Origin: Escherichia coli
GTDB taxonomy: Bacteria; Pseudomonadota; Gammaproteobacteria; Enterobacterales; Enterobacteriaceae
Reading direction: 5' to 3' (one strand)
DNA: 64,000 nt
Assembly (NCBI RefSeq): GCF_016026235.1
Contig: NZ_CP065613.1
Both the position numbers and the translations under genes were made by a program. Below the pieces are notes generated by a model. It ran no database searches. It had not been told where the DNA came from and saw only the letters and a program-made list of their open reading frames with translations. This document shows positions 12,409 through 22,659 of the stretch, piece by piece. Positions within the stretch are counted from its first letter, which is position 1, and every line of letters begins with the position of its first letter.

Positions 12409-13127
12409 CCGAGTTACCAATCGACGAAAACACACCGCGTATTTTGATCGTGGAAGATGAACCGAAGCTGGGGCAGTTGCTCATTGATTATCTGCGTGCT
12501 GCGAGCTATGCGCCGACGCTTATCAGCCACGGCGATCAGGTACTGCCGTATGTGCGCCAGACACCACCGGATCTGATCCTGTTAGATCTGATGCTCCCTG
12601 GCACCGATGGCCTGACGCTGTGCCGGGAAATTCGTCGTTTTTCTGACATTCCGATCGTGATGGTGACGGCAAAAATCGAAGAGATCGATCGCCTGCTGGG
12701 GCTGGAGATTGGCGCAGATGACTACATCTGCAAGCCGTACAGCCCACGGGAAGTGGTAGCGCGCGTCAAAACCATTTTGCGCCGTTGCAAACCGCAGCGC
12801 GAGTTGCAGCAACAGGATGCTGAAAGCCCGTTGATTATCGACGAAGGTCGTTTTCAGGCTTCATGGCGCGGTAAAATGCTTGACCTGACGCCTGCGGAAT
12901 TTCGTCTGCTGAAAACGCTCTCTCATGAACCAGGAAAAGTGTTCTCCCGCGAGCATTTGCTCAATCATCTTTATGACGACTACCGCGTAGTAACCGACCG
13001 CACCATCGACAGCCACATTAAAAACCTGCGCCGCAAGCTGGAATCTCTCGACGCCGAACAGTCATTTATCCGCGCCGTTTACGGCGTCGGTTACCGCTGG
13101 GAAGCCGACGCCTGCCGCATCGTTTAG
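12405..13127 (+). CDS. baeR: OmpR-family response regulator BaeR (240 aa)
   Basis: ORF track; receiver domain plus winged-helix C-terminus; overlaps baeS by 4 bp. Confidence 0.9.
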   Translation: MTELPIDENTPRILIVEDEPKLGQLLIDYLRAASYAPTLISHGDQVLPYVRQTPPDLILLDLMLPGTDGLTLCREIRRFSDIPIVMVTAKIEEIDRLLGLEIGADDYICKPYSPREVVARVKTILRRCKPQRELQQQDAESPLIIDEGRFQASWRGKMLDLTPAEFRLLKTLSHEPGKVFSREHLLNHLYDDYRVVTDRTIDSHIKNLRRKLESLDAEQSFIRAVYGVGYRWEADACRIV

Positions 13128-13281
13128 TTTTAGCGACATTATTTTGTTAGCCGGAGATGGCGTTCAGACCCGATCCGGCCACATTATCCCACGCATGGTC
13201 AGCAAACTGACATTATCTCTCCGCCCTGGCAGGCATCAGAAAATCGCTCATACTTTAATCGGTAAACAGCACCTTTAGATG

Positions 13282-14707
13282 TAATGCCAGTCAGTTAAGC
13301 AACTGACTGGCTCTTTTTCGGGGCTGTGGGGTATTTCCAGGGCCTCTCCTTTACCACTCTCGGGAAGGCCCTTCCCCTTCTCGTCGGTAATTTCACAAGT
13401 TGTCCCATACTTGCAAGATCGCGCATCAGCTCCGGTATACGTCCCGGTGAAGCGCCCTGCAATGTCATCAGCATTCTCATCACCATTCCGCATGATTCTG
13501 AGAAACTCAGTTGATTCGGCCAGTAACCTTTCAGATGTTCCGCCATTTTAATCATCTGATATCTCACCAGATTATAAGCCAGTAAGACACCCCACAGCTC
13601 TTGCTCCACAAGCTCCGGCTTTTTACTTCTCAGCGTCAGCCTGCTCAGTTGCATCGTCTGTTTTATCTCCCTGTATCCCAGTTCGATTTCCCAGCGATGA
13701 CTGTACAGATCCGCCATTTCTCCTCCGGGGAAGCGCATGGCGTCCGTCATCGACGTCAGCAGATGGCAGACTTTTCCTTTGCGCGTCACGGTCAGCAGGC
13801 GGGCTGTCACTTCATTTCCCAGTCCCGGCCACTTTTTTCGTGCCTGCGGGCTGGTTTTCAGCTTCACCAGATGATCGCCTTTACCCAGTTTTCTGAGCTC
13901 TTCATATTGCGCTCCCTTTCTGAGAGGTATCATCCAGTGGCGGTGTTCTCCCGCCAGGCTCCAGGCATTTAACAGTCCCAGTGAGTAATAACCTTTATCC
14001 ATTAACGTCAGAGTGTTATCGCCGGTTTGTTCTATAAGTTGCTCAGCAAGCTCATTTTCGCTGTTCTTCATCGTGCCGAAGGCTGCAGCCGTCAGCAGAT
14101 GGCTGGTCAGTTCCATCTGGCAGACCATTTTGACCTGCGGGTAGAGCGCCGGGTTCCCGGCATGTGTCTGGCGGGGGAAGGCTGCATCGTTCTCTGGTGT
14201 ATCCGGTGTGCGCCAGAACACACCATCGATGGCCAGCAGGGTCAGGCCGCACCAGTGCGGATGCGGCGTGGCGTTATGCCAGAGCTGCGCTGTTTTCGTG
14301 AACACGCGGCGGACAGCCTCACTTCCCAGGCGCTGGCGGGCCTGAATAACGGCACTGGGGGCAACGAAGGGGCGATTGCCCGGCAGCATGATGTCCAGGC
14401 GATTCACAATCTGGTGAAGAGGTTCTTTACGCTCAAGCGCCATGCCAACAATACACCAGACCATCATTTCGAGGGGAAGACGGCGCTTGCGTAGCGTTAC
14501 AGTACCTGATTCGGCAAGGCAACGAGAGATGAGTTCGGGGTCGAGGTAATCCCCCAGAGAAGTCAGTGGGTTACGCAGAGAATCGTAACGGGATACCAGA
14601 TCAAGAGCCTGTCCAATGTGCATAAAAAAATCCGGAAACAAGTGAGCGTTTCCGGATTCTTACACAGCCACTGGATCGGTCAACTGATCCTTAACTGATC
14701 GGCATTA
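13282..14707 (-). mobile_element. IS4, copy 1 (1426 bp)
   Basis: Ends TAATGCCAGTCAGTTAAG...CTTAACTGATCGGCATTA; 12-bp target site duplication CACCTTTAGATG at 13270-13281 and 14708-14719; inserted between baeR and yegP. Confidence 0.9.
13295..14623 (-). CDS. insG: IS4 transposase InsG (442 aa)
   Basis: ORF track 448 aa; start trimmed to [10 protein letters not shown] by recognition of IS4 transposase. Confidence 0.9.
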   Translation of the reverse strand: MHIGQALDLVSRYDSLRNPLTSLGDYLDPELISRCLAESGTVTLRKRRLPLEMMVWCIVGMALERKEPLHQIVNRLDIMLPGNRPFVAPSAVIQARQRLGSEAVRRVFTKTAQLWHNATPHPHWCGLTLLAIDGVFWRTPDTPENDAAFPRQTHAGNPALYPQVKMVCQMELTSHLLTAAAFGTMKNSENELAEQLIEQTGDNTLTLMDKGYYSLGLLNAWSLAGEHRHWMIPLRKGAQYEELRKLGKGDHLVKLKTSPQARKKWPGLGNEVTARLLTVTRKGKVCHLLTSMTDAMRFPGGEMADLYSHRWEIELGYREIKQTMQLSRLTLRSKKPELVEQELWGVLLAYNLVRYQMIKMAEHLKGYWPNQLSFSESCGMVMRMLMTLQGASPGRIPELMRDLASMGQLVKLPTRRGRAFPRVVKERPWKYPTAPKKSQSVA

Positions 14708-14755
14708 CACCTTTAGATGCTGTTTTCGATACACAATTTCAATCAAGGAGTCATT

Positions 14756-15088
14756 ATGGCTGGTTGGTTTGAACTCAGTAAGAGCAGTGATAATCAGTTC
14801 CGGTTTGTGCTAAAAGCGGGCAATGGTGAGACTATCCTCACCAGCGAGCTGTATACCTCAAAAGCCTCTGCGGAAAAGGGCATCGCGTCGGTGCGTAGCA
14901 ACAGCCCGCAAGAAGAACGCTATGAGAAAAAAACGGCAAGTAACGGCAAATTCTATTTCAATCTGAAAGCCGCTAATCATCAAATTATCGGCTCCAGCCA
15001 GATGTACGCCACCGCGCAATCTCGTGAAACCGGAATTGCCTCCGTTAAAGCCAATGGCACAAGCCAGACGGTGAAAGACAATACGTAA
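14756..15088 (+). CDS. yegP: YegP (UPF0339 family, 110 aa)
   Basis: ORF track 14717-15088; start at MAGWFELSK with GGAG SD; the IS4 end lies 49 bp upstream. Confidence 0.8.
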   Translation: MAGWFELSKSSDNQFRFVLKAGNGETILTSELYTSKASAEKGIASVRSNSPQEERYEKKTASNGKFYFNLKAANHQIIGSSQMYATAQSRETGIASVKANGTSQTVKDNT

Positions 15089-15341
15089 TTACGATGCCGG
15101 GCGTGGGTTGTTGGCGTCCGGCTTTATATCCAAATAACGCTTAGTTATTAATAATTAAGAGTAACCGCCGCCATTAAAATAGTGGGCACTGACGAGCACT
15201 CGTTGTGCTTTCTTTGTTTACCATCCCATACTTATCCTCCTGAACATGTTCATGTGCCAAAATATCTTCTAATACTTTCGTGACGCTATCCGGTTTATGA
15301 CATACACTGATGTAAGATTTTTACTTACAGGCGGGCGTAAA

Positions 15342-15593
15342 ATGGCCAGAACGATGACGGTTGATCTCGGCGATGAGTTGCGTGAATTTATCGAGTCCTT
15401 AATTGAATCCGGCGACTATCGCACCCAAAGCGAAGTGATCCGTGAGTCACTGCGATTACTTCGAGAAAAGCAAGCAGAGTCTCGCCTGCAAGCGTTACGT
15501 GACATGCTCGCAGAAGGGTTGAGTAGTGGTGAAGCTCAGCCGTGGGAAAAGGACGCGTTCTTACGGAAGGTGAAAGCAGGGATAAGGAAATAA
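15342..15593 (+). CDS. ParD-like ribbon-helix-helix antitoxin (83 aa)
   Basis: Start chosen at MARTMTVDLGDELREF; small acidic protein; stop lies 1 bp before the downstream ParE-like ORF; not at this position in K-12 as far as I recall. Confidence 0.6.
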   Translation: MARTMTVDLGDELREFIESLIESGDYRTQSEVIRESLRLLREKQAESRLQALRDMLAEGLSSGEAQPWEKDAFLRKVKAGIRK

Positions 15594-15594
15594 T

Positions 15595-15891
15595 GTGCGT
15601 ATTATTAAACTCATGCCAAAAGCCAATGAGGATTTAGAAGGCATCTGGTATTACAGCTATCACCATTTCGGCGAACCACAAGCCGACAGATATGTGGAAC
15701 ATCTTTCAGACGTTCTCCAGATTCTGAGTAACAATAATATAGGTACGCCCAGACCTGAATTAGGCGAAGGTATTTTTGTTCTTCCTTTTGAACGCCACGT
15801 CATTTATTTCCTGCAATCACCAGGGGAAATTATCGTCATTCGTATCCTTAACCAAAACCAGAACGCCACCAGACATTTACACTGGAGCTAA
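15595..15891 (+). CDS. ParE/RelE-superfamily toxin (98 aa)
   Basis: ORF track; GTG start adjacent to the antitoxin stop (alternative ATG at 15613); typical ParE length and pairing. Confidence 0.6.
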   Translation: MRIIKLMPKANEDLEGIWYYSYHHFGEPQADRYVEHLSDVLQILSNNNIGTPRPELGEGIFVLPFERHVIYFLQSPGEIIVIRILNQNQNATRHLHWS

Positions 15892-15993
15892 ACCCGCCGA
15901 TTGCGCTACAATGCCCGCCCTTAAAGTGGGGGCACTCCCCTAACCGCTTCATCAGGTGAAGCGGATCTGACCTGTCATCAGAACGAGAGAATT

Positions 15994-17355
15994 ATGTTTA
16001 AACCGGAACTCCTTTCCCCGGCGGGAACGCTGAAAAATATGCGTTACGCTTTCGCTTATGGCGCAGATGCTGTTTATGCGGGCCAGCCGCGTTATTCCCT
16101 GCGTGTGCGCAACAACGAATTCAACCACGAAAATCTTCAGCTCGGCATCAATGAAGCCCACGCGCTGGGGAAAAAGTTTTATGTCGTGGTCAACATTGCA
16201 CCGCACAACGCCAAGCTGAAAACCTTTATCCGTGACCTGAAACCGGTGGTGGAAATGGGGCCGGATGCGCTGATTATGTCCGATCCAGGGCTGATTATGC
16301 TGGTGCGTGAGCACTTCCCTGAAATGCCGATCCACCTTTCGGTGCAGGCTAACGCCGTGAACTGGGCGACGGTGAAATTCTGGCAGCAAATGGGCCTGAC
16401 CCGCGTGATCCTCTCTCGCGAGCTGTCGCTGGAAGAGATTGAAGAGATCCGCAATCAGGTGCCGGATATGGAGATCGAGATCTTCGTTCACGGCGCGCTG
16501 TGCATGGCCTACTCCGGTCGCTGCCTGCTCTCTGGCTATATCAACAAGCGCGACCCGAACCAGGGCACCTGCACCAACGCCTGCCGCTGGGAGTACAACG
16601 TCCAGGAAGGGAAAGAAGATGATGTTGGCAACATCGTACACAAGTACGAGCCGATTCCGGTGCAAAATGTTGAGCCGACGCTGGGTATCGGCGCACCAAC
16701 CGACAAAGTGTTTATGATCGAAGAGGCCCAGCGTCCGGGCGAGTATATGACCGCGTTTGAAGATGAGCACGGCACTTACATCATGAACTCGAAAGATCTG
16801 CGCGCCATCGCCCATGTAGAACGCCTGACCAAAATGGGCGTGCATTCGCTGAAAATCGAAGGTCGTACCAAATCTTTCTACTATTGTGCACGCACCGCAC
16901 AGGTTTACCGCAAAGCTATCGATGACGCCGCTGCGGGAAAACCGTTCGATACCAGCCTGCTGGAAACTCTGGAAGGTCTGGCGCATCGTGGCTATACCGA
17001 AGGTTTCCTGCGTCGTCATACTCACGACGATTATCAGAACTACGAATACGGTTATTCAGTTTCTGACCGCCAGCAGTTTGTTGGTGAGTTTACCGGTGAG
17101 CGCAAGGGGGACCTCGCGGCGGTAGCGGTGAAAAATAAATTCTCCGTTGGCGACAGCCTTGAGCTGATGACGCCGCAAGGCAACATTAATTTTACCCTTG
17201 AGCACATGGAAAACGCCAAAGGCGAAGCTATGCCGATAGCACCAGGCGATGGTTATACTGTGTGGCTCCCGGTCCCGCAGGATCTTGAGCTCAATTACGC
17301 GCTGCTGATGCGTAATTTCTCCGGGGAAACCACGCGTAATCCCCACGGTAAGTGA
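15994..17355 (+). CDS. yegQ: U32-family peptidase YegQ / RlhA (453 aa)
   Basis: ORF track; sequence recognised as K-12 YegQ. Confidence 0.88.
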   Translation: MFKPELLSPAGTLKNMRYAFAYGADAVYAGQPRYSLRVRNNEFNHENLQLGINEAHALGKKFYVVVNIAPHNAKLKTFIRDLKPVVEMGPDALIMSDPGLIMLVREHFPEMPIHLSVQANAVNWATVKFWQQMGLTRVILSRELSLEEIEEIRNQVPDMEIEIFVHGALCMAYSGRCLLSGYINKRDPNQGTCTNACRWEYNVQEGKEDDVGNIVHKYEPIPVQNVEPTLGIGAPTDKVFMIEEAQRPGEYMTAFEDEHGTYIMNSKDLRAIAHVERLTKMGVHSLKIEGRTKSFYYCARTAQVYRKAIDDAAAGKPFDTSLLETLEGLAHRGYTEGFLRRHTHDDYQNYEYGYSVSDRQQFVGEFTGERKGDLAAVAVKNKFSVGDSLELMTPQGNINFTLEHMENAKGEAMPIAPGDGYTVWLPVPQDLELNYALLMRNFSGETTRNPHGK

Positions 17356-17439
17356 TTAATTTCGATTATTTTTCCCGGATGGAAAATTCTTAGAAACCGA
17401 TCACATACAGCTGCATTTATTAAGGTTATCATCCGTTTC

Positions 17440-17526
17440 GCTGAAAAACATAACCCATAAAATGCTAGCTGTACCAGGAACCACCTCCTTAGCCTGTGTA
17501 ATCTCCCTTACACGGGCTTATTTTTT
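17440..17526 (+). ncRNA. cyaR: CyaR (RyeE) Hfq-dependent sRNA
   Basis: 87-nt match to remembered CyaR sequence GCUGAAAAACAUAACCCAUAAAAUGCUAGCUGUACCAGGAACCACCUCCUUAGCCUGUGUAAUCUCCCUUACACGGGCUUAUUUUUU, ending in a terminator hairpin and T-run. Confidence 0.85.
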
Positions 17527-17684
17527 ATGCATAAGCCCTATCCCTGGTCACCGTCTTCCATTGACCACATCGATAGAATCTCCCTTCATAGCACGATGCC
17601 TTTCACGTAACGGCATCGTGCTCGCACAGGTTCCGGCTAAGCACAACCAGAACGCGCATGTTTGACGCTTACCAAAAAATATTC

Positions 17685-18002
17685 TCACTCTCCACATTTG
17701 AATGTCAGACGAGCGACGCCATGTAATCCTGCACCTTCTGTCTTCAGGTCAACTATCTGCATTTTTTTGCCCTGAGTAACACAGAAATGGGCTGCATCAT
17801 TTTTTACTATATTTTCTGCACCAGATATTCTGCCCCTGGCTAAAGAAGCTTCGGCTTCGGTGTAGTATTGGTTATCGAGTTTACGCTGAATATTACTTTT
17901 ATATGCAAGACCAAATTTACCGATACTTGTCTCATCATTATGCACAGCACAACCAGACATAATAAAAATACTAATTAATGATATAGCAGCTATCTTTTTC
18001 AT
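17685..18002 (-). CDS. yegR: YegR small lipoprotein (105 aa)
   Basis: ORF track 17685-18062; start trimmed to MKKIAAISLISIFIMSGC (signal peptide with lipobox). Confidence 0.75.
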   Translation of the reverse strand: MKKIAAISLISIFIMSGCAVHNDETSIGKFGLAYKSNIQRKLDNQYYTEAEASLARGRISGAENIVKNDAAHFCVTQGKKMQIVDLKTEGAGLHGVARLTFKCGE

Positions 18003-18407
18003 CTCACCTTCCCCCATTAAATACCAACGACACTCTCTAGTGTTTAAATATAATAATGGCATGATTATTATAATTGAATAGGATTATAATAAATGTTCTG
18101 TACAACATTTCCTACATAAGTAGGAATTACGGACATTGAGGCCCTTCAGGGTAACTCCATGGGGGCTTTAATATATTATATTGAAGATGCCACTGTTTAG
18201 TTGAATATTAGGTATATGCTCTTTTTTGAAATTTATCGGTGGCAGCCGTTAGTATTCGCTGTCCCCATTGCAAGCTCCTGGTGGTAACCACTGAATCCTC
18301 CATACTTGAACTGACTTTTTATCCTCCGACTTTCATCCTGTTCTGACTCCACCTTTTGTTTTCTGCTCTACACTATCTACAGACCAATCATAAAGGCACA
18401 TACGATC

Positions 18408-19307
18408 ATGGCAGAATTTCCCGCCAGCTTACTGATTCTTAATGGCAAAAGTACTGACAATCTACCCTTGCGCGAAGCAATTATGCTGTTGCGTGAGGAA
18501 GGAATGACGATCCATGTGCGGGTCACCTGGGAGAAAGGCGATGCCGCACGATATGTAGAGGAGGCCCGGAAGTTGGGCGTCGCAACGGTGATTGCCGGTG
18601 GTGGCGATGGCACCATTAATGAAGTTTCTACGGCGTTGATTCAGTGTGAGGGGGATGACATACCCGCGCTGGGAATTTTGCCATTAGGAACCGCCAATGA
18701 TTTTGCCACCAGTGTAGGGATTCCTGAGGCACTGGATAAGGCGCTGAAACTGGCAATTGCCGGTAATGCCATTGCGATAGATATGGCGCAGGTCAACAAA
18801 CAAACCTGTTTTATTAATATGGCGACAGGCGGGTTTGGGACGCGTATTACCACAGAAACGCCGGAAAAATTAAAAGCCGCGCTGGGTGGCGTCTCATACA
18901 TCATTCATGGCTTAATGCGTATGGATACTCTGCAACCGGACCGTTGTGAAATCCGCGGTGAAAACTTTCACTGGCAAGGTGACGCCCTGGTCATTGGTAT
19001 TGGTAACGGGCGTCAGGCCGGTGGCGGTCAACAATTGTGCCCGAACGCGTTAATTAACGATGGCTTGCTGCAACTGCGCATTTTTACCGGCGATGAAATT
19101 CTTCCGGCTCTCGTATCAACCTTAAAATCTGACGAAGATAACCCGAATATTATCGAAGGCGCTTCGTCGTGGTTTGATATACAAGCCCCACACGAAATCA
19201 CTTTTAATCTTGATGGCGAACCGTTGAGTGGACAAAACTTTCATATTGAAATACTTCCGGCGGCGTTGCGTTGTCGATTACCACCAGATTGTCCATTATT
19301 GCGTTAA
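18408..19307 (+). CDS. yegS: Lipid kinase YegS (299 aa)
   Basis: ORF track; diacylglycerol-kinase-like GGDGT motif; sequence recognised. Confidence 0.88.
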   Translation: MAEFPASLLILNGKSTDNLPLREAIMLLREEGMTIHVRVTWEKGDAARYVEEARKLGVATVIAGGGDGTINEVSTALIQCEGDDIPALGILPLGTANDFATSVGIPEALDKALKLAIAGNAIAIDMAQVNKQTCFINMATGGFGTRITTETPEKLKAALGGVSYIIHGLMRMDTLQPDRCEIRGENFHWQGDALVIGIGNGRQAGGGQQLCPNALINDGLLQLRIFTGDEILPALVSTLKSDEDNPNIIEGASSWFDIQAPHEITFNLDGEPLSGQNFHIEILPAALRCRLPPDCPLLR

Positions 19308-19345
19308 TCAAACTATTCTCTCTTGAACCAGGGAGAATCCGTAAT

Positions 19346-19378
19346 GCCGGATGCGGTGTAAATACCTTATCCGGCATA
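19346..19378 (+). repeat. REP element
   Basis: GCCGGATGCGGTGTAAATACCTTATCCGGCATAC palindromic unit between yegS and gatR. Confidence 0.7.
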
Positions 19379-19388
19379 CAGAACAATA

Positions 19389-20162
19389 CTACACCGTAAT
19401 TAATTTCACCCGTGTCTTCTGCAATGCCAGTTTATCCACCTCAGACACAGCATCATCGGTAATAATAATGTCAATTTTTTCGATTGGCAGTACCTGATTA
19501 AAACCGCGACGGTTAAATTTCGATGAATCGAGAACGGCAATCACTTTATTAGCGGCTGTGACCATCGCACCGCTAACGGAATAACCCTCATTAAAGGTCG
19601 TAATACCATTAACCGCATCAATACCATCAGCACCGACAAACATTAAATCGGCATTAATATCCTGCAGGGAACGTTCAGCAATAGATCCATGCATAGATCG
19701 CGTTTTATGGCGGACCGTGCCACCGCAGACGACCAGAGTAATGTCTTTATTTTCGGAAAGGGCAAACGCAGCCGGGAGACTGTTGGTAATCACCGTGATA
19801 TTTTTGGCGGTCATTAATCCTTCGGCGATAAGCATTGTGGTACTTCCGCTGTCGAGAATAACGGTCATCCCTTCATGGATCATTTTGACTGCCGCCTGCG
19901 CTATTCTGTTTTTCGGCGCGCTGGCGAGCTGAAATCGCTCTTTAAACCCGACTTCCTGGGTCTCGGTTTCACTATTACCGGACATTATTTTCGCCGCACC
20001 GCCATGAAAGCGCGTAACCACGCCTTTTTGTTCGAGAAAGCGCAAATCGGCACGGATTGTCGCTTCCGAGGCAGCAAATACTCCCGCCAGATCCTGAACA
20101 AGCACGGTTCCCTGTTCATTCACTAATTGGATGATCTTATTCCTTCGCTCGAATGAATTCAT
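19389..20162 (-). CDS. gatR: DeoR-family galactitol operon repressor GatR, uninterrupted
   Basis: ORF track 19389-20168; start probably MNSFERRNK; HTH N-terminus and sugar-binding C-terminus; intact here, whereas I recall K-12 gatR is IS-interrupted. Confidence 0.85.
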   Translation of the reverse strand: MNSFERRNKIIQLVNEQGTVLVQDLAGVFAASEATIRADLRFLEQKGVVTRFHGGAAKIMSGNSETETQEVGFKERFQLASAPKNRIAQAAVKMIHEGMTVILDSGSTTMLIAEGLMTAKNITVITNSLPAAFALSENKDITLVVCGGTVRHKTRSMHGSIAERSLQDINADLMFVGADGIDAVNGITTFNEGYSVSGAMVTAANKVIAVLDSSKFNRRGFNQVLPIEKIDIIITDDAVSEVDKLALQKTRVKLITV

Positions 20163-20267
20163 CGTCATTTACCCATATTCAATTGTGGCTAGTGTAAACG
20201 AAGGGGGACCATTGGTGAATGATCTGTTTTGCACAATACCGGGCCAGCATCACGCTGGCCCGCGGTT

Positions 20268-21308
20268 TCAGGGAATGAGCAACACTTTGCCCGGCATGGC
20301 ATTACGAGCGATGTCACGCACCGCCTGGGCGAAGCTTTCAAAGCTTCCACGGTGAGCGATTAATGGCTCCAGGCTTAACTTACGTTCTGTCAGCAACCGG
20401 CTCGCCGTTTCCCACTCCTGCCCCGGCCAAGGGCTGGAGTAGTTCATCCAACTGCCGATAACCGTCAGCTCTTTACGCAATATTTTGCCAAACGTTGCCG
20501 ATGTTAAATGCAGATCCTGATGCAACGTGCCCACCAGCGCCAGTTGGGCATGAGGACCGGCAATCTCTACCGCCAGTTCGACAGTTTGCGGTACGCCAGC
20601 CGTCTCGAGGATAAGCTGATTAAAGCGCAGTTCGCGTAAAACGCTCTGCATTTGCGGCGCGCTCATTTCGCTACTGTTAAATGTTTGCATCGCACCGAAA
20701 GATTTTGCCAGTGCCAGTTTTTCTGAGCTAATGTCGATAGCCGTCACACTCTTTGCTCCCAGCGCGACAGCGCACTGAATAGCCAGCAGGCCAATGGTTC
20801 CGGCACCAATAATAATAACGTTTTTATTCTCACAACCTTGCGCTAAATGAAAAGCATGCAGTCCAACGGTAATCGGCTCAATAAAAGCCCCATCCTCAAT
20901 AGGCATATCCGTGGGTAGAGCAAAGACATTTTTTCGCTTAACGACAATATATTCAGCAAATCCACCATCACGCCGCGAGCCAATAAAATCATATTTTGCG
21001 CACTGGGAATAAAACCCTTTCAAACACTCTGGACAAGTAAAACAGGGTAATAACGGCACACAGGCAACCGCATCGCCAAGGTGTAAATCATCAACACCGG
21101 ATCCCACCGCATCAATATAGCCGCTAAATTCATGGCCTAACGTTATTGGATAATAATGTGCACCATTTTTAAATATCCTGGGTAAATCGGAACCACATAA
21201 GCCCGAGCTGGCAATTTTTACCCGTACCTCATCCTGATGTTTAATTTCAGGAATGACGCTTTCTGCAACGCGCACGATACCATCAGTATCATTCACCACT
21301 GATTTCAT
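20268..21308 (-). CDS. gatD: Galactitol-1-phosphate 5-dehydrogenase GatD (346 aa)
   Basis: ORF track; zinc alcohol dehydrogenase family; gat operon context. Confidence 0.9.
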   Translation of the reverse strand: MKSVVNDTDGIVRVAESVIPEIKHQDEVRVKIASSGLCGSDLPRIFKNGAHYYPITLGHEFSGYIDAVGSGVDDLHLGDAVACVPLLPCFTCPECLKGFYSQCAKYDFIGSRRDGGFAEYIVVKRKNVFALPTDMPIEDGAFIEPITVGLHAFHLAQGCENKNVIIIGAGTIGLLAIQCAVALGAKSVTAIDISSEKLALAKSFGAMQTFNSSEMSAPQMQSVLRELRFNQLILETAGVPQTVELAVEIAGPHAQLALVGTLHQDLHLTSATFGKILRKELTVIGSWMNYSSPWPGQEWETASRLLTERKLSLEPLIAHRGSFESFAQAVRDIARNAMPGKVLLIP

Positions 21309-21340
21309 AAAAACTCCTGATTGTTAAGGGGGATAAACTC

Positions 21341-22635
21341 CTGAGGAATCCCCAGAAAACAAGACAGGCATAGTGAGATGTGATCTAATTGATTGTGCTA
21401 ACAATTTCAAGGAGATCACCACTATGCCTGCACGTTCATTATGCCAAAATTTCCTTAACAATATACTGGCCCCTTTGCATCTTTACCGTCAAAAATCACT
21501 GATTGACGCAACTAATGCTGTAATAAATGGCGCTTCCCTCACACTTACCAGTATCGGGCGTCATTTAACCGGTACGGCATCAGTTAAAAACAAAATAAAG
21601 CGGGTGGATCGACTGTTGGGGAATCGACATTTGCAAAATGAGGTTTCCACCATTTTTCAGCGAATTACCCAAAAGATTACGCGGGGAATGTCTCGTGTTG
21701 TGATACTCATTGACTGGAGTGCTTATCATGCCTCTCGTTTTCAGCTTTTGCGGGCAAGCCTGGCATGTGACGGGCGTTCTTTACCGTTGATGAGTTGTGT
21801 CGTTCCATCATCACAGACAGCGAATGCAGATGTACATGAGCGTTTTCTGGAATCGCTTGCTGAGTGCTTTTCCCCCGGGACTGATGTCATTGTTATTACA
21901 GATGCCGGTTTTCAGGGGCGATGGTTCCAACAGCTCCGCTCCCGTGGCTGGACCTATATTTGCCGGGTACTGGGCAATCATTATTACAATGTTGGTAATG
22001 GCTGGGAAAAGGTGTCGGACTCAGGCACAAAAGCATCAACGACAGCAATTTATTTAGGTGAAGGCCTGCTGGGTCGAGATAAAAATGCACAACATGAAGG
22101 GCATTTTTATCTTTATAAAAGTAAGCCTAAAGGTCGTAGATTTAAACGCTCGAAGGAAAGAGCAACCAGACCATCGGTGACGGCTAAAGCTCGTACTGCC
22201 GGGAAATCACCATGGTTTATTTTCACAAACAGTACTGAGTTCTCGCCAAAACAGGTAATGAAATTATACAGCCGTAGAATGCAAATTGAGCAAAATTTCA
22301 GGGATGAAAAAAATCCTCGCTGGGGATTTGGACTACGGTTTGGTGCCAGTCATTCATCCGGGCGGGTCACGGTATTGAGTCTGATCGCAACATTAGCCAG
22401 TATCATTATGTGGTTAAGCGGTTTCAGCCTGGAAAACAAAGGGATACATCATAAATATCAGGCAAATACAGTGAAGCACAGGCGAGTCATCTCGTTATTA
22501 AAACTGGCGGAGAATGTGATTCGACATTCTCCACTCATACTAAACACACTGTCACTTGACGCAGGGCTGAAAGTTCTACAGCAACGGTATACCAATATGA
22601 TAATGGTTTACTAAATTTTCTGGGGATCCCTCAGG
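21341..22635 (+). mobile_element. IS10-like IS4-family insertion sequence, copy 2 (1295 bp)
   Basis: Same TIRs as copy 1; 9-bp target site duplication GATAAACTC at 21332-21340 and 22636-22644; sits in the gatC-gatD junction. Confidence 0.85.
21373..22614 (+). CDS. IS4-family (IS10-like) DDE transposase
   Basis: Protein identical to copy 1 in the ORF track; at least two synonymous DNA differences from copy 1. Confidence 0.8.
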   Translation: MRCDLIDCANNFKEITTMPARSLCQNFLNNILAPLHLYRQKSLIDATNAVINGASLTLTSIGRHLTGTASVKNKIKRVDRLLGNRHLQNEVSTIFQRITQKITRGMSRVVILIDWSAYHASRFQLLRASLACDGRSLPLMSCVVPSSQTANADVHERFLESLAECFSPGTDVIVITDAGFQGRWFQQLRSRGWTYICRVLGNHYYNVGNGWEKVSDSGTKASTTAIYLGEGLLGRDKNAQHEGHFYLYKSKPKGRRFKRSKERATRPSVTAKARTAGKSPWFIFTNSTEFSPKQVMKLYSRRMQIEQNFRDEKNPRWGFGLRFGASHSSGRVTVLSLIATLASIIMWLSGFSLENKGIHHKYQANTVKHRRVISLLKLAENVIRHSPLILNTLSLDAGLKVLQQRYTNMIMVY

Positions 22636-22659
22636 GATAAACTCCCCCTCAGTTAAAAA

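Noticed and set aside
15952-17025. 357-aa ORF on the minus strand, fully nested inside yegQ
   Set aside because: Antisense shadow ORF of a conserved gene; Arg/His-rich composition, no ribosome-binding site, and the yegQ frame accounts for the open reading
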